NCBI RefSeq assembly: GCF_006345805.1
Contig: NC_043026.1
Location: forward strand, 12,441,579-12,505,578
Length of the DNA stretch: 64,000 nucleotides
Source: Octopus sinensis
Taxonomy: Eukaryota
Reading direction: 5' to 3'
In this document: positions 56,421-64,000 of the stretch, in pieces
Layout of the letters: the number at the start of each line of letters is the position of its first letter
How positions within the stretch are numbered: position 1 is the first letter of the stretch
Position numbers and translations under genes: made by a program
The notes under the pieces: model-generated
Databases searched by the model: none
What the model was told of the DNA's origin: nothing
What the model saw: the letters and a program-made list of their open reading frames with translations, nothing else

Positions 56421-57899
56421 ATATTTGCTCACCTTCCACACACATAAACTATTTTCCCAATTAACATTCCTCTGATAGTGCTAAAATTCTCGGGGCCTGA
56501 TTCATTCGACTAAAATATTCTTCAAGGAAATGCCCCAGTATGACCGCACTCTAGTAACTGAAACAAGTAAAAACTAAAAGATAAAAGAAACTATTTTATC
56601 AGTTCTGTTTGAAGCTATTTTTTCCAAAATGGCTGTCAATGTGTTTTGATATCAAGTTTAATTTTACCTGCTCGTTTCACTGAAGCAGTTTTCCTCTTTA
56701 CTGAGTTTATATTTCACTTTCTATTAAACAATTTCAGGATCTTTTCTGTTTGACCGGCAGTTTTTAAAAATAATTTCCACGTAACTAAACACTTTTAAAC
56801 TTCGTATACTGGTAGAATGTGTTTATAAAACATCTTTTTCTCTTGGCTTCATTGAGAAAATTCTACAGTTTGTAAGATATTTGTTGGTTTTTTTTCTTCA
56901 GTTTCAACCAATCAATGACGTCTATTGAGTTAAAAAACATTCTGTGCCGTATGAATATGTCCCTCGTTTAAGAAACAGATTAGGTTTATTTACATTTCTG
57001 AAGAAAAAAAAGATACCCTTCCCTCCACCTCTAACCCTAACCCTAAAACAGATTGAAATGCAATAGATCGATACAAGGGTCATAATTATGGGTGACAATT
57101 TCATATGACACCGCTAGAAAAAAACTGCCGTTCAAACCAAAAAGATCCCAAAATTTATTGAAATGAATAATAAGTGAAGTCAGAAAAAAAGACAAAAAAA
57201 AAATGAGAAAAATATTACTATAAACTGTTCCAATAACAATTTTATTCTCTATTTCTTCTTCCCTCTGTCATTTGACTCCATTACAACTTCATCATCATCA
57301 TCATCGTTTAACGTCCGTTTTCCATGCTAGCATGGGTTGGATGGTTCGACCGGGGTCTGGGAAGCCAGAAGGCTGCACCAGGCTCCAGTCTGATCTGGCA
57401 GTGTTTCTACAGCTGGATGCCCTTCCTAACGCCAACCACTCCGTGAGTGTAGTGGGTGCTCTTTACGTGCCACTTGCACAGGTGCCAGGCGAGGCTGGCA
57501 ACGGCCACGGTCGGATTGGTGTATTTTACGTGCCACCGGCACAGAAGCCAGTCACTACTTATATATCTGAGCATGTTTGTCTACTACCACCACTTGACAA
57601 CCGGTGTTGGTTTGTTTACATCCAAGTAATTTGGCAGTTTGGCAAAAGAAACCAATAGAATAAGCACCAGGTTTTAAAAAACAAATTCTCGGGGTTAATT
57701 CATTTGATTAAAAATTCTTCAAGGTATTGCCCCAGAATGGCCACAGTCTAATGACTGAAATAAGTAAAAAATAAAAGATAAAACAAACTATTTTATTAGT
57801 TCTGTTTGAAGTTATTTTTCTCAAAATGACTATCAATGTGTTTTGATATCAAGTTTAATGTCATCTGCTCGTTTAAGTTCAGCAGTTTTTTATTTCACT

Positions 57900-58920
57900 T
57901 TAATAATAATGAAATTATTGTATACAGTGCTCAGGTGCACCACAACTTGTCAGAAAGTGCGTATAAAGTATATGCAGTAATGTACAAATGTCTGGGAAGT
58001 GAACAGTGTATGAGTCAGATACATGCTTGCGTGTGTATGGAGGGGAGAAAATCAGGTGTAGTGTTGGAAGCATGGAAGTTTTGAAGGATGCAGTGCTCTG
58101 ACAACTAACAACTGATGCCGGCAGTTTGTTCCATGCTTCAGCAACTCTTAGCGTGAAAAAATGTTTCTGAAAGTCATGGGAGCTGTGCTGTTTTCTGACT
58201 TTGTAAACATGTCAACGGGTGTTAGACGGGTGGAGTTTGAAAAGGGGCTCAGAGTTATTGTTAATAAGATGGTTAATAATTTCATGGGTGTCTGCATATG
58301 CAGTAATGTACAAATGTCTGGGAAGTGAACAGTGTATGAGTCAAATACATGCTTGTGTGTGTATGGAGGGGAGAAAATCAGGTGTAGTGTTGGCGAATCT
58401 CAGAAAGCATGGAAGTTTTGAAGGATGCAGTGCTCCGACAACTAACAACTGATGCCGGCAGTTTGTTCCATGCTTCAGCAACTCTCAGTGTGAAAAAATG
58501 TTTCCTAAAGTCATGGGAGCTGTGCTGTTGTCTGACTTTGTAAATATGTCCACAGGTGTTAGATGGGTGGAGTTTGAAAAGGGGCTCAGAGTTATTGTTT
58601 GTAAGATGGTTAATAATTTCATGGGTGTCTGCATATGCAGTAATGTACGAATGTCTGGGAAGTGAACAGTGTATGAGTCAGATACATGCTTGTGTGTGTA
58701 TGGAGGGGAGAAAATCAGGTGTAGTGTTGGCGAATCTCAGAAAGCATGGAAGTTTTGAAGGATGCAGTGCTCCGACAATTAACAACTGATGCCGGCAGTT
58801 TGTTCCATGCCTCAGCAACTCTTAGCGTGAAAAAATGTTTCCGAAAGTCATGGGAGCTGTGCTGTTTTCTGACTTTGTAAATATGTCCACGGGTGTTAGA
58901 TGGGTGGAGTTTGAAAAGTG
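57900..58920 (-). mobile_element. CR1-like LINE 3' end amplified as ~3 x 337-bp tandem units; fragments also at 11725-11778, 22585-22638, 52590-52760
   Basis: Minus strand encodes PSNTRGHIYKVRKQHSSHDFRKHFFTLRVAEAWNKLPASVV..RSTASFK, the CR1 ORF2 C-terminal motif; (ATT)n tail. Confidence 0.8.
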
Positions 58921-59213
58921 GTGACCAAAACCTTTGGCAATATGCTGTGCTTCAGAAGGACTTGTCAAACCAAGTGAAATCATGGTTGTAGCTGATGCCA
59001 AAATGTCACATAACAGGCACCCATGCCAGCAGCATATAAAAAGCACCCTTCAAAAGCTGGGCCTTATGGAGGTGATAAGTGACTAAGATCTTTGGCAATA
59101 TGCTATATGCTAGAGAAGGACTCGTCAAGCCAAGTGAAAAGGTAATTGTGGCCAATGCCAGTCTCGTGTAACTGGCACCTGTGCTGGTTGAACATAAAAA
59201 GCACCCACTACAC

Positions 59214-59432
59214 CAGTGATTTTCAACCAGGGTTCCGTGGAACCTTAGAGGTCCGCCAGTACAGTCCAGGGGTTCTGCAAGAAGTTACAAAACTGCTAAA
59301 ATCAGCAGTAATTTTTAATTCTCCTGTGCAGATATGTGTGCATAAGACTATTAAATTATTGCACAGGGGTTCCTCGAGCCAGTGGAATGTTTCCCTGGGG
59401 TTCCACTCCAGCAAAAAGGTTGAAAAGCACTG
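59214..59432. mobile_element. Single hAT-type MITE (same family as 1752-2399) inserted in a SINE
   Basis: CAGTG...CACTG termini; 8-bp TSD CACTACAC at 59206-59213 and 59433-59440. Confidence 0.88.
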
Positions 59433-59545
59433 CACTACACTCTTGGAGTGATTGGCATCAGGAAGGGTTTCCAGCCATAGAAACCATGCCAAATCAGATT
59501 GGAAGCTGGTGCAGTTCGACGGCTTAACAGTTTCAATCATACTGT

Positions 59546-61038
59546 TTAACCCTTTTGTTACCAACCCGGCTGAAACCGGCTCTGGCTCTGTAGTACAAAT
59601 GTCTTGCTTTCATAAGTTTTGAATTAAAATCTTCCACCAAACTTTAGTCACAATTTATGTTCCTAATACTAGCTTAATGATAATTAAGTTATTTTACTAA
59701 ATTCTTTGTTATGTTTAAGATTAATTGAAAGAAACTCAGAGCATCTCAACAGAAATATGGTGACAAAAGGGTTAAAATATATAATAGAGAAACAATTCTT
59801 AACCCGTTTGATACCAAGCTGGTTGAAACCACCTCTGGCTCTGAGTACAAATGTCTTGTTTTCATAAGTTTTGAATTAAAATCTTCCACCAAACCTTAGT
59901 CACAATTTATGTTCCTAACACTAGCTAAATGATAACTAAGTTATTTTACTAAATTCTTTGTTATATTTAAGATTAATTGAAAGAAACTCAGAGCATCTCA
60001 ACAGAAGTATGGTAACAAGAGGGTTAAAATATGTAATAGAGAAACAATTCTTAACCCGTTTGATACCAAGCTGGTTGAAACCACCTCTGGCTCTGTAGTA
60101 CAAATGTCTTGTTTTCTTAAGTTTTGAATTAAAATCTACCACCAAACCTTAGTCACAATTTATGTTCCTAACACTAGCTAAATGATAACTAAGTTATTTT
60201 ATTAAATTCTTTGTTATATTTAAAATTAATTGAAAGAAACTCAGAGCATCTCAACAGAAATATGGTAACAAGAGGGCTAAAATATATAATAGAGAAACAA
60301 TTCTTAACCCTTTTGATACCAACCTGGTTGAAACCACCTCTGGCTCTGTAGTACAAATGTCTTGTTTTCATAAGTTTTGAATTAAAATCTTCCACCAAAC
60401 CTTAGTCACAATTTATGTTCCTAACACTAGCTGAATGATAACTAAGTTATTTTATTAAATTCTTTGTTATATTTAAAATTAATTGAAAGAAACTCAGAGC
60501 ATCTCAACAGAAATATGGTAACAAGAGGGTTAAAATATATAATAGAGAAACAATTCTTAACCCTTTTGATACCAACCTGGTTGAAACCACCTCTGGCTCT
60601 GTAGTACAAATGTCTTGTTTTCATAAGTTTTGAATTAAAATCTTCCACCAAACCTTAGTCACAATTTATGTTCCTAACACTAGCTGAATGATAACTAAGT
60701 CATTTTACTAAATTCTTTGTTATATTTAAAATTAATTGAAAGAAACACAGAGCATCTCAACAGAAATATGGTAACAAGAGGGTTAAAATATATAATAGAG
60801 AAACAATTCTTAACCCTTTCGATACCAACCTGGTTGAAACCACTTCTGACTCTGTAGTACAAATGTCTTGTTTTCATAAGTTTTGCATCAAAATATACCA
60901 CCAAACCTTAGTCACAATTTATGTTCCTAATACTAGCTTAATGATAACTAAGATATTTTACTAAATTCTTTGTCATATTTAAAGTAATTGAAAGAAAGAC
61001 AGAGCATCTCAAAATAAATACAGTAACGAAAGGGTTAA
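59546..61038. mobile_element. Six tandem piggyBac-like MITEs (253-bp period); another copy begins at 63847
   Basis: Each unit reads TTAA-CCC.TTTG.TACC...GGT.ACAA.AGGG-TTAA, separated by a near-constant 23-bp spacer. Confidence 0.85.
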
Positions 61039-61082
61039 CCCATACCAGCATGGAAAGCAGATGCTACATGGTGATGACACAA

Positions 61083-62609
61083 TTACACTTCCAAATGAAT
61101 AGCTACATGAGAAGCTAACTGGCTTTTATACAAGAATGATTTACTGCACCTCTCACACTGGTACGGTTTTTCTCCAGTATGAATACGTTTGTGAGTCGTT
61201 AGGTGAAACCTCCGAGTGAATGATTTACCGCAGATATCACAAAGATATGGTCTTTCTCCTGTATGAATATTTTTGTGAGTGTTTAAGGAATTCAGTTCAG
61301 AAAAGGATTTGCCACATATAACACAGGTGTGCGGCTTTTCACCTGTATGAGTGCGTTTATGTCTAGTTAAGTGACTGACTTCAGTAAAGTATTTACCACA
61401 CACTTCACAGTGATAGGGTTTTTCTCCTGTGTGGATACGTTTGTGTTTGGTTACATGCCCAGTTTCGGAAAAGGACTTCCCGCAGATATCACACTGATGG
61501 GGTTTCTCTCCTCTGTGAATACGTTTGTGTCTCATGAAATCGCTACTCGTGGAGAACGACTTGCCACACATATCACAGTGATACGGCTTCTCTCCTGTAT
61601 GAATGCGTTTGTGTACAGTTAAGTAACCGCTTACAGAGAAAGACTTACCACAGATGTCGCAGTGATAAGGCTTCTCTCCTGTATGAATATATTTGTGTGA
61701 GGTTAAGTGATTGCTTCTAGAGAATGATTTACCACAGATATCACAGCGGTACGGTTTCTCTCCTGTATGAGTACGTCTGTGTCTAATCAAGCTACTGCTT
61801 CCAGAAAAGGATTTACCACAGACATTACATTGATATGGTTCCTGTCCACTATGAGAAAGCTTGTGTCTCATTAAAGCACTGCTCTTAGAGAATGATTTAC
61901 CACAGATATCACACTGATATGGAGGCTCACCTATATGAATGCTTACATGTTTAGCTAAATTACCGGTTAGAGAGAAAGATTTACCACAGATATCACACCG
62001 ATATGGTTTCTCCCCTGTATGAATACGCACATGTTTAGTTAAATCTCCAGTTTGATAGAACGATTTACCACAGACGTCACAATGATATGGCTTCTCTCCT
62101 GTATGAATATACTTGTGTTTACCCAAGTTACTACTTGTAGTGAATGATTTACCACAGATATCACAGTGATATGGCTTCTCTCCTGTATGAGTAAATTTGT
62201 GTGTAGATAAGTTGCTTATCTGAAAGAACGATTTACCACAGATATCGCAGGAATATGATTTGTCTCCAGAATGTATATGCTTGTGTTTAGTTAAGGTACC
62301 ACGAAGAGAGAAAGCCTTACCACAGTTGTCACACTGATAAGGTTTTTCTCCTGTATGAATTCTTTTGTGAGTGAGTAAAATATTTATTTGAGAGAATGAT
62401 TTCCTACAAACACCACAGCGATGAGGCCTCTCTCTTGTGTGAATGCGTTTGTGTACAGCTAAGTGACTATTTACAGAGAAGTATTTATCACAGATATCAC
62501 AATAATATAGCTTCTTGCCTCTGTTAACATATTTGTCTTTAATTTTCAGAGAAAATGATTTTTTAGGGATACCAGGATGGTATGATGATTCTTCAGTCTC
62601 CTTTGACAT
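61083..62609 (-). CDS. Poly-C2H2 zinc-finger protein, ~17 fingers (ZNF gene 6)
   Basis: 508-aa ORF with TGEKP-linked fingers; the N-terminus contains a decayed first finger homologous to that of ZNF5. Confidence 0.93.
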   Translation of the reverse strand: MSKETEESSYHPGIPKKSFSLKIKDKYVNRGKKLYYCDICDKYFSVNSHLAVHKRIHTRERPHRCGVCRKSFSQINILLTHKRIHTGEKPYQCDNCGKAFSLRGTLTKHKHIHSGDKSYSCDICGKSFFQISNLSTHKFTHTGEKPYHCDICGKSFTTSSNLGKHKYIHTGEKPYHCDVCGKSFYQTGDLTKHVRIHTGEKPYRCDICGKSFSLTGNLAKHVSIHIGEPPYQCDICGKSFSKSSALMRHKLSHSGQEPYQCNVCGKSFSGSSSLIRHRRTHTGEKPYRCDICGKSFSRSNHLTSHKYIHTGEKPYHCDICGKSFSVSGYLTVHKRIHTGEKPYHCDMCGKSFSTSSDFMRHKRIHRGEKPHQCDICGKSFSETGHVTKHKRIHTGEKPYHCEVCGKYFTEVSHLTRHKRTHTGEKPHTCVICGKSFSELNSLNTHKNIHTGERPYLCDICGKSFTRRFHLTTHKRIHTGEKPYQCERCSKSFLYKSQLASHVAIHLEV

Positions 62610-63195
62610 CTCTTCAAGAAAATAAGAATCAATTTTTAAGTTTCTTACTTAAATTGTATCATTAGATTTCTTCTCTTAAATTGTATCATTAGATTTCTTC
62701 CATTATATCATTAGATTTCTTCTCTCACAACAATATATGTACATCTTCTTGTTTAACTTTTAATAGTTTATTTCTTTCAAATATTCTTCAAAAGTATTTT
62801 CCCATCAACTATGATTTTCATCAGTATTTCATGATGCAATGAATGAACAGATTTGAAAATCCATCCAATTCTTTCAACAAGTAGAGAAATGTTGCAATTA
62901 ATTTCAATTTAGAAGAAATATTTCATTGTAGTTTACAATAGATTTATTTAAACAGTGAAGGCACACAGCCCAGTGGTTAGAGCATTAGGCTCGCAATCAC
63001 AAGGTAGTGAGTTCGATTCCTGGACTGGGTGCTGTGTGGTGTTCTTGAACAAGACACTTTATTTCATGTTGCTCCAGCTAATTCAGCTCTAGAAATGAAC
63101 TGTGACATCAATGGCACCAAGCTGTATCAACCTTTGCCTTTCCCTTGGATAACATCAGTGGTGTAGAGAGGGGAGGCTGGTATGCATGAGCAATA

Positions 63196-63427
63196 AGGCG
63201 GCGAGCTGGCAGAAACATTAGCATGTTGGGCGAAATTCGTAGCCGCATTTCGTCTGTTACGTTCTGAGTTCAAATTCCGCCGAGGTCGACTTTGCCTTTT
63301 GTCCTTTCGGGGTCGATAAATTAAGTACCAGTTACGCACTGGGGTTGATGTAATCGACTTAATCCGTTTGTCTGTCCTTGTTTGTCCTCTCCGTGTTTAG
63401 CCCCTTGTGGGTAGTAAAGAAATAGGT
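63196..63427 (+). mobile_element. Deu/Nin-type SINE inserted into another SINE in the ZNF6 leader
   Basis: AGGCGGCGAGCTGGCAGAA head; flanked by a GGTATGCATGAG(C/T)AAT duplication. Confidence 0.8.
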
Positions 63428-64000
63428 ATGCATGAGTAATCACTTGTTTTCCATAAACAACCTTGCCTGGACCTGTGCCTTGGAAGGGAACTTTACAGGT
63501 GCAATCCCATTCCTGATCGAAGGGGGCCTTTTATATAAACAGAGTTTTATTTGTTCTGTAAGGCATTTTGTTCTAACCTTTAAAAGATGACAAATGTTGA
63601 AGACAAATTTGAGGTGAGTAATTCTTTGATGCCAAAGTTATCTGATATTCTTGTAGATACTGCAGACTAGAAATGCTGCCATCAATCTCCGTTCAGTTAT
63701 ATATTTGTTGTACGTCATGTTTTTCTTTAGTCTTTAAAAGATAATAAATGTTGACAATGAATCTGATGGAAGCAATTCTTTGATGTCACAGTTGTCTGAT
63801 ATTCTGAAATAAGAGAGAAACAACAGTATTAGATATAGAGGATATTTTAACCCTTTCGATTCCAACCTGGTTGAAACCGGCTCTGGCTCTGAGTACAATT
63901 GTCTTGTTTCCATAAGTTTTAAATTAAAATCTTCCACCAAACCTTAGTCACATTTTATGTTCCTAACACTAGCTTAATGGTAACTAAGTTATTTTACTGA

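Overview
Eukaryotic, AT-rich, repeat-dense genomic DNA, most likely from an octopus or other coleoid cephalopod (inferred from the KRAB-less tandem C2H2 gene cluster and the SINE content). The window holds six poly-C2H2 zinc-finger genes with uninterrupted finger ORFs (about 14-26 fingers each; two encode identical proteins and lie in an ~11-kb tandem duplication) plus decayed finger fragments. These are embedded in tRNA-derived SINEs, hAT- and piggyBac-type MITEs, Helitron pieces and RTE/CR1/CRE LINE fragments. Most notable observations: (1) a (TA)n-associated, tandemly repeated ~170-390-bp element carrying a minimal type-I hammerhead ribozyme fold with a swapped G3-C8 core pair (retrozyme/Penelope-like); (2) a 17 x 84-bp homogenised zinc-finger minisatellite, out of frame just after one ZNF stop codon, with the same GGA>TGA stop in 9 units; (3) a ~3.1-kb near-perfect palindrome that duplicates an NRF1-motif promoter and first exon in opposite orientations between two divergent ZNF genes; (4) a splice-acceptor/leader module shared by all six ZNF genes, with an NRF1-like promoter motif visible for four of them. 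All alignments and folds were done by eye, so coordinates are approximate to a few bases. The duplication and the palindrome may partly reflect long-read assembly artefacts.
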